DNA of 64,000 nucleotides, from the IMG/VR virus record IMGVR_UViG_3300032311_001249, positions 25,935 to 89,934 of that record; one strand, 5' to 3'. Of this stretch, positions 9,936 through 20,082 are shown in pieces. The position numbers and the translations under genes are program-made. A model generated the notes under the pieces. That model worked only from the letters and a program-made list of their open reading frames with translations, had not been told where the DNA came from and searched no databases. Numbering within the stretch: position 1 is the stretch's first letter; the number at the start of each line of letters is the position of its first letter. Source of the DNA: a virus.

Positions 9936-11542
9936 TGAATCCAGAAAATAAAAACACTTATAATTTTAATAATCAAGATTATGATTTTGTTTTTCGTTTG
10001 TATAATGGCATAAACGATGTTTTTTTAACAAATACTGCATGGGAGGATTTGTATCTTGAAGAGGATATTTTTGATTGGAAAATAAAAGGCAGTGTTATAA
10101 TAAAATCTCCCTATGAAAGTTTTGAAAGAGAGAGCGAAGAATCACTATCTTTAACAAAAGGAGATAAGAAAAATACAATTTATAAATTTAGGAATGATTG
10201 TAGAGATACTCTTTTTATTTCTATTAAACCCAAGATACAAAATAAAGATACTGATATACAAATCAGTGATTCTGTTTGGAGATTAGAATTCGAAGCTGTT
10301 GTTTATGATGTAGAGGAATTAGATAACCAAAATAGTATAAACAAATATAAAAAACTATACTTTTGGGAAAAAACATATCAATTAATGAGAGAGAAAAACT
10401 GTTATTTCTCTACTGCTACGTCTGGAGAAAATTCTAACAAAAACAATACTGATCAACTTGATAATAGCGAAAGAAGTCTTCAAACAGGAGTGGCATTAAA
10501 ATATTTGCTTTCTAATGACGAAACATTTAAAATAAATTCAAATTTAACACAAAATGATGAAACTTGGGATAATGGAGATGATTCTGCCAGATTATTTTAC
10601 TCTTGTAAAGATGGAGAAAAATTCATAGATGCATTAAACTATCTTACTCATTATCATATATCTACAAAAGATAATGGTTATATTCCTTGCGTATTAAAAT
10701 TTGAAAGAGCAGAAAAATCAATGCAACCAAAACAATTTTCATTAAAACCTATTTCTGAATATTTTGAAAAAGCTGGTAATGAAGCTGGTAAACCACCAAA
10801 AGAATACCAGACAGAACATTTTTTTATATATGGTCATGGAGGTCAAACAAAAGAAAGTGTTTCTATAATGAAATCGCCAATAGATGAGAAAAGTCAAAAA
10901 ATTGAATTTAAGGGCGATGATTTTAGCACTATAAGAAATTATAAAATTGTTGATATGAGTGGTTTATATTATTCTGAAAATCTTTGCAATTATAGAACAA
11001 CATCTTTCAATAAAATAGATGGTCAATTTCAGATAGAAAACATTTTAGCTGGTGAAGAAGATGATGGGTTCAAACAGTTTTATAGAGATGTTGTTTCTAA
11101 AAATATTGTTACTAAAAACAAAAACGACAGATTACCTATAACACCATTCATACAAAGTAATTATAATACAAAAATATTATCATCTGTCAGAACAAGTCCA
11201 CAAGCAAGATTAGCAGAGAGTAGAAATGCTATGATAAACCATTATTTATTTTCTAATTTAACTATATGTTTTTCTGTAAAAGGTTCTACTCACCGTCAAA
11301 CTGGAAGATTTTTCGCAGTATCTAAAAATACAGATAATAAATCAGAATTTGATGCAAAACTAGAAGGACAATATTTTCTAACCAATATAATCCATCATTT
11401 TAGCAATTCAGCAAAAAGTTATACTACAGAATTAGTGGGAGTTAAGACACAAACATATAAAGAAACCACATTATTTGAATCTAATGACAATTTGATTATA
11501 AACTCTTCAAATTCAGTTTCTATTCCTGAAGGACTGGGATAA
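9935..11542 (+). CDS. Baseplate hub protein, gp27-like
   Basis: 'LYLEEDIF..IKGSVII' N-terminus; C-terminal 'V.G....GRFF...EGQYFLTNIIHHF...YTTEL'; lies between gp53-like and gp5-like genes. Confidence 0.6.
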   Translation: MNPENKNTYNFNNQDYDFVFRLYNGINDVFLTNTAWEDLYLEEDIFDWKIKGSVIIKSPYESFERESEESLSLTKGDKKNTIYKFRNDCRDTLFISIKPKIQNKDTDIQISDSVWRLEFEAVVYDVEELDNQNSINKYKKLYFWEKTYQLMREKNCYFSTATSGENSNKNNTDQLDNSERSLQTGVALKYLLSNDETFKINSNLTQNDETWDNGDDSARLFYSCKDGEKFIDALNYLTHYHISTKDNGYIPCVLKFERAEKSMQPKQFSLKPISEYFEKAGNEAGKPPKEYQTEHFFIYGHGGQTKESVSIMKSPIDEKSQKIEFKGDDFSTIRNYKIVDMSGLYYSENLCNYRTTSFNKIDGQFQIENILAGEEDDGFKQFYRDVVSKNIVTKNKNDRLPITPFIQSNYNTKILSSVRTSPQARLAESRNAMINHYLFSNLTICFSVKGSTHRQTGRFFAVSKNTDNKSEFDAKLEGQYFLTNIIHHFSNSAKSYTTELVGVKTQTYKETTLFESNDNLIINSSNSVSIPEGLG

Positions 11543-11576
11543 TTAATTTGCCAAATACATCATCATAAATAAATAT

Positions 11577-12605
11577 ATGCCTCAAGTAACAGATGAAAAA
11601 TTTCATAAAACTATATTCTCTAGTCCTAACGGAAAGAGAAAAGATGGAACTATATTTGATAGACTTTATTGCTCTACACAATATAGTGAATTTCCATTAG
11701 ACCAAATAATTCAAACCATAGCAGAATTTCATGGCCCTTGGACAGGAGGTTCAACACAATTAGCGGATTTTTCCACGTTTGTTGCATCATCTCTCAACAG
11801 TATTTCTTTACAGAATAACGCAAGACAAGCTGCTAGTAATGCTATTACTGCAAAATCAGCATCACAGAAAATACCATCTGCACAAAACGGAATTACTTGT
11901 GCTGTTATGCCAACTCCTTTATTAAGAGAATTTTTAAATAGATCACAAAAAATACATCCATCAGTTAACATGTATATACAAAATAATATTGGAACGTTTC
12001 CTTATTTTCAACAAGTCAGTGAAGAAATAGGACAATACGCTAATGTTGTTATGAATAATACTAGTATTGATCCAATGAAATGGCCTAATAGAAACGGTGG
12101 TAGTTGTTGGAATACCAACAGTAGATTTAATGTTAATGATCTATTAAAAATACCGGGGGATGTATTAACACTAATGGATGATGCTAATAATTTAGTTAAT
12201 ACCATGTTTTTAAGAAGCATGCCAAAACAAAATAATATGAGTTTTATGCACACTGGTTATTCAACAGAAAGACCTATATCACATGGTCATAATTTTACCA
12301 TGGATGTGTTTAATGCAAAAAGAGAACAGAATGCTGTTGCACCCTGTCTTGCAGCTATACTCAATCTTGCAGGAGATGTTTTAAGAATATTAAATCGTTA
12401 TTTTTGTATAAAAGAATTATCAAAAGTTGCTATTGATGGTTTTAGAATAACATTCAACGAAGGACCAAACGGTGAACCAATAACATACATAACAGATAAT
12501 AATGCAAGACCTATGTATGATACTGAAAAACCAAATAACATCACTGATCCAACAAATGACTTGGTGTTGAAAACAAAGAAAAAATTATCAACAGAAAAAT
12601 CATGA
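11577..12605 (+). CDS. Hypothetical virion/baseplate-associated protein
   Basis: 342 aa ORF in tail module; CATAAATA 5 nt before ATG; overlaps next gene (ATGA). Confidence 0.55.
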   Translation: MPQVTDEKFHKTIFSSPNGKRKDGTIFDRLYCSTQYSEFPLDQIIQTIAEFHGPWTGGSTQLADFSTFVASSLNSISLQNNARQAASNAITAKSASQKIPSAQNGITCAVMPTPLLREFLNRSQKIHPSVNMYIQNNIGTFPYFQQVSEEIGQYANVVMNNTSIDPMKWPNRNGGSCWNTNSRFNVNDLLKIPGDVLTLMDDANNLVNTMFLRSMPKQNNMSFMHTGYSTERPISHGHNFTMDVFNAKREQNAVAPCLAAILNLAGDVLRILNRYFCIKELSKVAIDGFRITFNEGPNGEPITYITDNNARPMYDTEKPNNITDPTNDLVLKTKKKLSTEKS

Positions 12606-14050
12606 AAAATGCAGATGGAATTTATAGAGGAATAGTGATACAAAACAATGATCCTAAAAATGCTGGGAGAGTAAAAGTATTTGTGCCCGGTCTGAATGTT
12701 TCTCAATATAATAGTTGGGACCAAAAATCAGAAGAAGACAAATATTTTAAATATATAGGAAAAAACACAAACAGTTCCATAACACCAGAAGTTTTACAAA
12801 AATTAAAAGAAAAAATTTTCTGGGCTGATACTATTTTACCCATAGCAGGGGGTGGTAGTCCGGGAATATATAATGCACCATCAGACACTATGAGTGTAGG
12901 TAATGATAATGATTTTACATTTCAGGAAAAAAATAAAACACAAGAGTTTTTTAAAAAAGATGAAAACGATTTTAAACAAAGAGAAAATGTTCCAGTTCAA
13001 AATCCATCTTATGGAACAGAACCCACAACACAAATAAATCTTAATTTTAGTTTTTCTGGTAAAAGATATTGCAACAAGAGTTCTTGTAATACACCATCAC
13101 AAGATGTTAAATCTTTTTGGCCTAGTAATAACGGTGTTTTAGATGAAATAGTCAAAGAGTTGCCAAAAGTTTATTCTGATGTTCCGTTAATTCTAGACCA
13201 AACACAAAATGAAGACAACACAGGAATAGTAGGAGTTAGAGTGGATGTATTTGATCCTATCATTTATATTGATGATAAAGAAGTTCCAAAGGATAGTCCT
13301 TTATACAATAATGATTGTTACACATTTCCTGATACTGAAAATATTATAAGATTTTCTCCTCCTATTTTTTACGAAGAGACTGATCAAGATGCACAATACA
13401 AATACGATGAGATACCACTACAAATATCAGTAAATGGTAAACTATCTAATTCTGATTATTTTGAATTAGACTCTTATGATTCTGAAAAAGTAGTATATAA
13501 AAGTGATAGGATGAAAATTCAAGTGCCAGTAAACAATATAGATTCTATTACAATAAAGCATAATAAAAATGGTTTTGATATAAACAGAATACTATCATTA
13601 ATACCTCTTTTGAAATCTGTCATCAATTTGGTTGGAAGTCTTATAATGCCCAGAGCACCATATCCAAATGGCGGAAAACCAACAAGAGCAGGAGGAGGAG
13701 CAACAATATATAATAACGTTGCAACAAAACTATTACCAACGCAACAAAGAATGCAGTCTCATATAAAAGGGGCTAATAATTTTAGTAAAACAGAAATAAA
13801 CAAAGGAAGAAAAGCAGACAACGATTCTAATAAAACATTAGGAAATAATATTTCTGGTCCAACCAATCAAGCTCACAGAGGAGCAATGAGATCACCGGAC
13901 TATACAAATAAAATGAAAGGAATGATTAGTATTCCATCTGTAGGAAGTCATGTTTGGGTGAAATTTTCTAATGGGGACACTAATTTTGCAACAATAATAG
14001 GAATAACAACTGGTCAAGAATCTTTTAAAGGAATCTTTGAAACCAAATAA
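12602..14050 (+). CDS. gp5/VgrG-like baseplate spike, N-terminal OB-fold part with large insertion
   Basis: 'YRGIVIQNNDPKNAGRVKVFVP...WA' at the N-terminus; 'IPSVGSHVWVKFSNGD...IIG' at the extreme C-terminus. Confidence 0.8.
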   Translation: MKNADGIYRGIVIQNNDPKNAGRVKVFVPGLNVSQYNSWDQKSEEDKYFKYIGKNTNSSITPEVLQKLKEKIFWADTILPIAGGGSPGIYNAPSDTMSVGNDNDFTFQEKNKTQEFFKKDENDFKQRENVPVQNPSYGTEPTTQINLNFSFSGKRYCNKSSCNTPSQDVKSFWPSNNGVLDEIVKELPKVYSDVPLILDQTQNEDNTGIVGVRVDVFDPIIYIDDKEVPKDSPLYNNDCYTFPDTENIIRFSPPIFYEETDQDAQYKYDEIPLQISVNGKLSNSDYFELDSYDSEKVVYKSDRMKIQVPVNNIDSITIKHNKNGFDINRILSLIPLLKSVINLVGSLIMPRAPYPNGGKPTRAGGGATIYNNVATKLLPTQQRMQSHIKGANNFSKTEINKGRKADNDSNKTLGNNISGPTNQAHRGAMRSPDYTNKMKGMISIPSVGSHVWVKFSNGDTNFATIIGITTGQESFKGIFETK

Positions 14051-14071
14051 TTCTGTAGCTAAATAAAATAT

Positions 14072-16093
14072 ATGCATTACCCCGGTAAATTTGATAATGA
14101 TTCTAGAAATAACGAAGAAGTCTTTAAAGATAAAGTTGTGTGGAATCAACAAGCAGGTTGTATAGAATTTATTAATACAAAAGATGCGGAAAGTATAACA
14201 ACATCACATAAAAACGGTTCTTATACCAGAATGGATAAATTTGGTAGCGAAGAATTAACAACAAGAGATAAAAGAGAACATGTTATAGGTAATAGCCAAT
14301 TAGAAATAAATGGTTCACAAACAGAGTATGTGCATGAAAACAGCGAAAAAGTAGTTTTAGGAGATGAAATAAAAACAGTCGGAGATGCTGATAATTGGTT
14401 GGAACCAATGCAGCAAATAAAAAAAATTCAAAAAGAATTACATGATAAAAAAAGACTTTTTGAAGTAAAAAGAACAAATAGAAAAGACTCTATTGATCAA
14501 GCTCCCGGTCAGAGTAAATCTGGCAGTCATGCAAAATGTCCCACTCATTCTAATAAATCTAAAGTAATAAAAAATACAAAACCAACAAGAGTTAGTTCTA
14601 AAAAAGTTAACAGCGCAACAATATTAGATATACAAGATGGATCGGAAAAATTCGAAACTGTGTCTGGTGGTGGTGATGGTAGATGCATGACTTGTTGGGG
14701 TAAATTGCTTAGTCCATCAACCCAAGATGGTAGATGGGCAACAGAGTCTGAAAAACAAAGCATAGTTCAAAAAAGACAAGAGCTACAGCAAAGACTATAT
14801 GAATATGAAAAACAATTAGGTCAAAACAAATGTCCTAATGGTGGCAGCAAAATAGAAATTATAGCAAAAAATTTTATACAAAATATAGGTATTGTTTTCA
14901 ATGATTTTGAAAGTTTTCGACGTGATCCAGCGGGAAAACTAGTTCCTTGTGGAATAAAGATAGACCCCATGGGAACCACTATATACACACAATACAGAGA
15001 ATCTCCTTTGATTGAAAATGTTGATGTGGAAAAATTTCCGGGCGGAAGTTACGAATTAAATATATGTGATGGTTGGAAAGCAACAGTGGGTTCTAATGGC
15101 ATAGAATTCAAAACTACTGGACCTTTAAACTTGTTTGGAACCAATGTAAACATAGTTGGAGAACAAGTAGGAATAGGAAGCAGAGGAGATTTAACTATAG
15201 AGGGACAGAGAGTGGATTTGACAGCAGATGTGCTTACTCTTAGACCCAAGAAGCTTAGCAGAACTCTAGAGACTGGAGGAAAGACAGAAGAGGAACAACA
15301 GCTACTAATAGATGGCAACTTGAATGTTGGATTAAATGCTATAATCAGAGGTGGAGCACACATAGAAGGAGAATTATCAGTTCATCATATAACTGCTCCT
15401 TGTGAATATCATGTAACAGAAACAGATTTTACATACGGAACAAAAACAGAACCAAAAGTTTTACCAAATCCCGATCCAAAATTATGTTATTATGGTAAGA
15501 ATGGCACTAGTACATTAGAATCTCCTGAATGTGGTTCTACTCCTTCAAAATCTGGAACTTATGGCAAGTTATTAGCTGGTACACACATAGGAAAAGCTGT
15601 TGGATATGATTCTAATGGCCAGCCTTTATGTTTGGATGTATATTCTTTAGAAGCAGAGAATGCTGTTCTTGTTGATCCACATGTTCACTATTTTAAAAAT
15701 ATAGCATGCAAACTTTTTGACAAAGATTCCGATGTCTCTTCTAATGCTGGATTTTCTTCTGGTTCTGGAAGTATAAATGTTCATGATGCAATAAGAGCTA
15801 TAGGCTCTAGAAACAACTGGACAACTCCTGTTTTACCAATGCCTGTCATGAATTCCGAAAGTAATTATACTGTTGTTGATAAATTTGGAGGAAGTTGTGA
15901 AACTCTTTCTATAAATAAAGCTGATTGGGAAGAATCTTCACAGGAAGATTCTTTACCTTCTGGAGAAGGTGTAAGAACTTCAAAATACACTGATCAAACA
16001 ATCCAAAATAAAGTAAAAGCTATAGAAGCTGAATTAGAAGCAAAATATGCTGAGTTAAAACTCGCTCTATCAGAAATTAAAAATACCGCTTAA
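14072..16093 (+). CDS. gp5-like spike C-terminal (beta-helix) protein
   Basis: 'HKNGSY..MD..G' and V/I-x-G-N/D beta-helix repeats; H-x-H motif (HVH); own late promoter GCTAAATA at 14058-14065. Confidence 0.65.
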   Translation: MHYPGKFDNDSRNNEEVFKDKVVWNQQAGCIEFINTKDAESITTSHKNGSYTRMDKFGSEELTTRDKREHVIGNSQLEINGSQTEYVHENSEKVVLGDEIKTVGDADNWLEPMQQIKKIQKELHDKKRLFEVKRTNRKDSIDQAPGQSKSGSHAKCPTHSNKSKVIKNTKPTRVSSKKVNSATILDIQDGSEKFETVSGGGDGRCMTCWGKLLSPSTQDGRWATESEKQSIVQKRQELQQRLYEYEKQLGQNKCPNGGSKIEIIAKNFIQNIGIVFNDFESFRRDPAGKLVPCGIKIDPMGTTIYTQYRESPLIENVDVEKFPGGSYELNICDGWKATVGSNGIEFKTTGPLNLFGTNVNIVGEQVGIGSRGDLTIEGQRVDLTADVLTLRPKKLSRTLETGGKTEEEQQLLIDGNLNVGLNAIIRGGAHIEGELSVHHITAPCEYHVTETDFTYGTKTEPKVLPNPDPKLCYYGKNGTSTLESPECGSTPSKSGTYGKLLAGTHIGKAVGYDSNGQPLCLDVYSLEAENAVLVDPHVHYFKNIACKLFDKDSDVSSNAGFSSGSGSINVHDAIRAIGSRNNWTTPVLPMPVMNSESNYTVVDKFGGSCETLSINKADWEESSQEDSLPSGEGVRTSKYTDQTIQNKVKAIEAELEAKYAELKLALSEIKNTA

Positions 16094-16434
16094 AAGTCTT
16101 CTTCCGATTCATCATCTTCGAAAGAAGCATTTTCTGACATATCATAAGGAGTAAGAAAATCTTCCACTAGATTTCTTAATGCTCTATTTTCTAATTCGTT
16201 AGCACTATTAACTAATATAACATCATTGCCATGAGTATCAAAACCAAGCAAGATGTAACTATCCATATGTTCGATTATTTTATTATTTATAGAAATAGCT
16301 AATTGTTGTTTTTCTTTTAAAGACAGATTTTTTTGTTTTTTTCTTAAATTTACTTTTTTATTTGCTGTTTTTTTAAGAAAATCTTCGATTTTTTTCATTT
16401 CCGCATCTGATATTTTGTCTTTATCTTCATCCAT
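16090..16434 (-). CDS. Hypothetical protein, acidic C-terminus
   Basis: 114 aa ORF; TATAAGTA on - strand at 16455-16448. Confidence 0.6.
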   Translation of the reverse strand: MDEDKDKISDAEMKKIEDFLKKTANKKVNLRKKQKNLSLKEKQQLAISINNKIIEHMDSYILLGFDTHGNDVILVNSANELENRALRNLVEDFLTPYDMSENASFEDDESEEDF

Positions 16435-16463
16435 ATGGTAATATATATACTTATATAAAAAAT

Positions 16464-16493
16464 AAAAGAGGAGGAATTTCTTCCTCCTCTTTT
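16464..16493. terminator. Rho-independent terminator
   Basis: AAAAGAGGAGGAA-TTTC-TTCCTCCTCTTTT hairpin immediately after the stop of the 16494 ORF. Confidence 0.85.
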
Positions 16494-16802
16494 TTAATTT
16501 TTATTACAGTATCTGTAATGCTTGTGAATCAGACCTCTGTCGTTCAGATATTCTGCCAGAACTTCCACACTATCAGTGTTTAGTTTCATATTGGTATTGG
16601 TGTATCTACCTCCATCATATACATGCAGAGTATCGTTTTTGTAGCATGTTACAAAAATACTCATTCCACCATTGTCTATAATGAATGACCATTTTCTTTG
16701 ATCGTTTTCAGAGTATTCTATAGTGTCTATTTTATCCACCATATACCCCATATCTCTGAGGCGTTTAATACAATACGATTTTGTTGTTATTTTATTAGAC
16801 AT
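16494..16802 (-). CDS. Hypothetical protein (paralog of 16805-17095)
   Basis: 102 aa; 'KID.IEYSENDQRKWSFII' shared with its neighbour. Confidence 0.65.
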   Translation of the reverse strand: MSNKITTKSYCIKRLRDMGYMVDKIDTIEYSENDQRKWSFIIDNGGMSIFVTCYKNDTLHVYDGGRYTNTNMKLNTDSVEVLAEYLNDRGLIHKHYRYCNKN

Positions 16803-16804
16803 AA

Positions 16805-17095
16805 TTATTCTTGTGTTGAATTTTCTTGAACTTGTTCTCTTTTTATAAGAAGGTCTAGAGTATCATACAAATCTTCTGTTTCTACATCAGTTATAATTTT
16901 ATCAGATGAAAAAATATCAAATGTTTGTGTTCCGTAGTCGTATTTGTTTAAATGATGTGTTACTACTATATTATCTTTATTTTGATTTAATAGAGCACTC
17001 CAACATCTAGAATCAGATTGATTATATGCTATATCTATTTTTATTACAGAGCAGTCTATTTTTTTAACGTTGTCTGCGAATTTTGAATATTCCAT
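16805..17095 (-). CDS. Hypothetical protein (paralog of 16494-16802)
   Basis: 96 aa; 'KIDIAYNQSDSRCWSALL'. Confidence 0.6.
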   Translation of the reverse strand: MEYSKFADNVKKIDCSVIKIDIAYNQSDSRCWSALLNQNKDNIVVTHHLNKYDYGTQTFDIFSSDKIITDVETEDLYDTLDLLIKREQVQENSTQE

Positions 17096-17096
17096 T

Positions 17097-17828
17097 TTAT
17101 TTTATTAATGGGGTTGTTATATATTTTAAGTTTGAGTTTGAGTTTTCGATTTCAATGTACATGACTCCGTTGTCATTTAATTTAATCGAGAAATTGTTTT
17201 TAGATTTTAATACTAGTTTAAGAATATCCACATCATAAGCTTTTAGAGGAAGACTAGTATCAACATTCTCTGCAATTAATATTTTTATATTATCAGAGTG
17301 ATTGGAGGTAGAGTTCTTATCTCCAAAAAACAAGAAAACGTTTTGATCCTCTTGTTCTATATAAAACTTTACAGTATCATTAGAAAATTCTAATGCTTTT
17401 CTTATGTTTAAGATTTTTTCCGAACTAATTTCTACTGTGTGATGAACAATAAATTTTTTAAAGTTATCTAAATTAAATTTAGGAACTTCTACTAGATTAT
17501 CATCTAGTAGTCTTATATTAAATCTAATGTCTTTACTAGAAAAATTACAAGAATCATCTGTTAATTCCAAAGATACAAACATTTCATCACTACCAATACA
17601 TTGTAGTCCTTTTACAAGTTTTAAAACATTAAGACTAAAGCGATCTTTTACATCACTTATGTGTAATGGTTTGTATGTGTTATATAAATAAATTGCTCTT
17701 GCTTTTGTAGATATGGAATATAACTCTCCATCACAGCAAAATACTGCTATTTTTCCTTCTTTGTTCAAGTCGTTTATAGGATTTACAAAATCATTTACAA
17801 ACTCTTTAGGATTTATCTGAACTATCAT
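17097..17828 (-). CDS. Sliding clamp, gp45/PCNA-like
   Basis: 243 aa alpha/beta two-domain pattern ending 'GVMYIE...LKYITTP'; size and replication context fit a clamp. Confidence 0.6.
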   Translation of the reverse strand: MIVQINPKEFVNDFVNPINDLNKEGKIAVFCCDGELYSISTKARAIYLYNTYKPLHISDVKDRFSLNVLKLVKGLQCIGSDEMFVSLELTDDSCNFSSKDIRFNIRLLDDNLVEVPKFNLDNFKKFIVHHTVEISSEKILNIRKALEFSNDTVKFYIEQEDQNVFLFFGDKNSTSNHSDNIKILIAENVDTSLPLKAYDVDILKLVLKSKNNFSIKLNDNGVMYIEIENSNSNLKYITTPLIK

Positions 17829-18375
17829 CTGTTATTTCTTGTGGTTGATTAGATTGTGGTATTACATTACCACTACTCACTAGTTTAATCAACTTATTAA
17901 TTAAGGTTTTTTGTGATTTTATAGAATTTTTTAAAGATTTAATTTCTTCTATCAAAGCATCTCTAAAAGATTGTTCATCTTCCAGATAATTTTTCTTTGC
18001 TGGCTGATTGTAGTCTGGCATCTGAAAACCTTGCACAGACTCTATGTTAGAACTAATCATAGGTTGAACATTTTGTTGTGGTTGAGCGCCAGCAATCTGG
18101 GGAACATTCAATAATCTAGCATTTGATGGAGGTAGAGTACCTTCTGGAACAACATAATCTACTGGAACATTATTTTGATTATAGTGTTCAGGTGTAGGCG
18201 CATACGCTTGTTGTGGATACATTTGCTGTGGCTGAAATTGACCAACAGGTTGTCCATTTCCCAAGAATCTTCTAAAATCAGTTCTATTGTATTTGATACT
18301 AGAACCTCCTAGAGATTGTCTCATCTCCCTTTCACAAGAAGCCGCTAAAAAAGCTATGTCTGCATTATCATTCAT
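17806..18375 (-). CDS. Hypothetical Gln/Pro-rich protein with C-terminal coiled coil
   Basis: 189 aa; TAAATA 5 nt before ATG. Confidence 0.6.
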   Translation of the reverse strand: MNDNADIAFLAASCEREMRQSLGGSSIKYNRTDFRRFLGNGQPVGQFQPQQMYPQQAYAPTPEHYNQNNVPVDYVVPEGTLPPSNARLLNVPQIAGAQPQQNVQPMISSNIESVQGFQMPDYNQPAKKNYLEDEQSFRDALIEEIKSLKNSIKSQKTLINKLIKLVSSGNVIPQSNQPQEITDDSSDKS

Positions 18376-18414
18376 AGCTATATTTAGCGGCTTTTCGTTT
18401 TATTTCAATAGATA

Positions 18415-19341
18415 TTAATCGTCTAACAACGCATCCAATTCATCTTTTTCTGATTTTTTTCCCATAGGAATTTCATCATCTTCTGGAGTTGAACTTAGAT
18501 CAATTCTTGGAGAAGATGTTGCGTCATCTTCATTATCACCAACTTCATCTTCTAAGTTTGCACTTGTTCCAAACCAGTGTTTATCCAAAATATTTTGAAT
18601 ATCTTCTTGAGATTTTACTGCTGGAATAAACTCTGTGAGATCATGAGCACTTTCTAGAATTTTTTGAATTTCTGAATCAGACAAACCAAGGTCTTCTGCA
18701 TCATCAAAAGTAGTCTCTGAATAATTGTGGTAGCCTGCTTTTTCTGTGACTTTGACTATAAGACTTCTTCCTTTGGCAGATAAATCTAGTGCTTTAGCTC
18801 CAATTTTTTTACTCATATCACCAAAAATGGCACTATGAATTTTTTTATAAATATCGCTGATAGGATTTCCTTCACGATCCACTTGTGCTGGATATAAACC
18901 AGCAACAACTTGACCGATTTTTTCCTTTGCATCAGGATCATCTCCATCTACACTGATAAGATAGCCGTTTACCGCTTGTTTTCTTTGTGGAAGGAGTTTA
19001 TAACTAGCTTTTTGTTCAGCTTCATCTCCTTTTTCTTTGGCTTTGGTATAGTGATCCCATTGAGTTTTCTTGTATAAATCTTCTTTTATACCAGCATCTT
19101 GTGGTGATCTTCCACCATAAACATAAGTTCCATCCACTCTGCTTTTAAAGCCGATTTCCTTAAATGTTATAAATGTATTATTGACATTTTTAATGTAAGG
19201 AATTAATCTGATTACATAAGTACAATTCTTTTTGAATTTTAATATTCTGGGGTCTCCTTTAAAGACTCCTTTTTCTTTTTGAATACTTGTTTCTTCTACT
19301 GCTTTTACTTGATTTAATATATTTTCTAGGTTTAATGACAT
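18415..19341 (-). CDS. Single-stranded DNA-binding protein, gp32-like
   Basis: 'VIRLIP', 'DLS.KG.SL.VKV....GY.NY.ET.F', acidic tail ending 'DELDALLDD'. Confidence 0.85.
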   Translation of the reverse strand: MSLNLENILNQVKAVEETSIQKEKGVFKGDPRILKFKKNCTYVIRLIPYIKNVNNTFITFKEIGFKSRVDGTYVYGGRSPQDAGIKEDLYKKTQWDHYTKAKEKGDEAEQKASYKLLPQRKQAVNGYLISVDGDDPDAKEKIGQVVAGLYPAQVDREGNPISDIYKKIHSAIFGDMSKKIGAKALDLSAKGRSLIVKVTEKAGYHNYSETTFDDAEDLGLSDSEIQKILESAHDLTEFIPAVKSQEDIQNILDKHWFGTSANLEDEVGDNEDDATSSPRIDLSSTPEDDEIPMGKKSEKDELDALLDD

Positions 19342-19402
19342 ATTTCTAATTTTCTTTATTTCTTAATCAACTACATCCATTTTACTTTCAGTAGTTATGT
19401 TA

Positions 19403-19433
19403 TACTTATACTACAAAATTGCTTTTTGTTCAA
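19403..19433 (-). promoter_or_regulatory. Overlapping sigma70-like and late promoter for the gp32-like gene
   Basis: - strand TTGAAC-N17-TATAAG, with overlapping TATAAGTA (19410-19403). Confidence 0.5.
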
Positions 19434-20082
19434 GTTTTTTCTTGAGATAATGTGATATTTTTCTTTTCAATTCTTCTAGATAATTCTGTGTTTTAATACT
19501 GCTTTTGTAACAATTGTACATTTTGTTCAAATCTAAATCACTACCATAATAAAGTTCAAATTCATCTCTGGGCATTTTATATAAAATATCATACATACCC
19601 GGTATGCTAAACACAGAATACCATGATATTTTATGTTCTTTTAAATGAATTAGACAATCATTTTGTGCCACAGAACAATGCTTAGAATAGTCTTCTAATC
19701 TTATATTTTTTGATTCACAAAAATTAGCTATAAATTTGTAAGACTCTTTAAAGTATTCAAATTGTTCTTCTGGGTTGCTTTGTTGAAGAACTTTTATGTA
19801 TGCTATACAAGTAGAAATTCCTTTGCTGCTAGCATAAAATTTTAATGGAAAAAATATTTTTTCATCATTATATATTTTGTATGGAGCATCAAAGAAAAAA
19901 CTATTGAAAAATGATGGATATTTTTCAAATACTTTTTCTATTTTTTGTAGATATGTTATTTTTTCTAAATCTTGCTCTATATCAGAAAAATTTTTCTTTG
20001 CTCTATATGGTTGATTATTGTTTATTCTGAATGCTCTTAAATATAAATTATATATTCTTTTTTGGTTTTCTGTCACATTCAT
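19411..20082 (-). CDS. Hypothetical protein, possibly gp59-like helicase loader
   Basis: 223 aa aromatic-rich helical protein directly upstream of gp32, where T4 gene 59 lies. Sequence support is weak. Confidence 0.4.
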   Translation of the reverse strand: MNVTENQKRIYNLYLRAFRINNNQPYRAKKNFSDIEQDLEKITYLQKIEKVFEKYPSFFNSFFFDAPYKIYNDEKIFFPLKFYASSKGISTCIAYIKVLQQSNPEEQFEYFKESYKFIANFCESKNIRLEDYSKHCSVAQNDCLIHLKEHKISWYSVFSIPGMYDILYKMPRDEFELYYGSDLDLNKMYNCYKSSIKTQNYLEELKRKISHYLKKKLEQKAIL

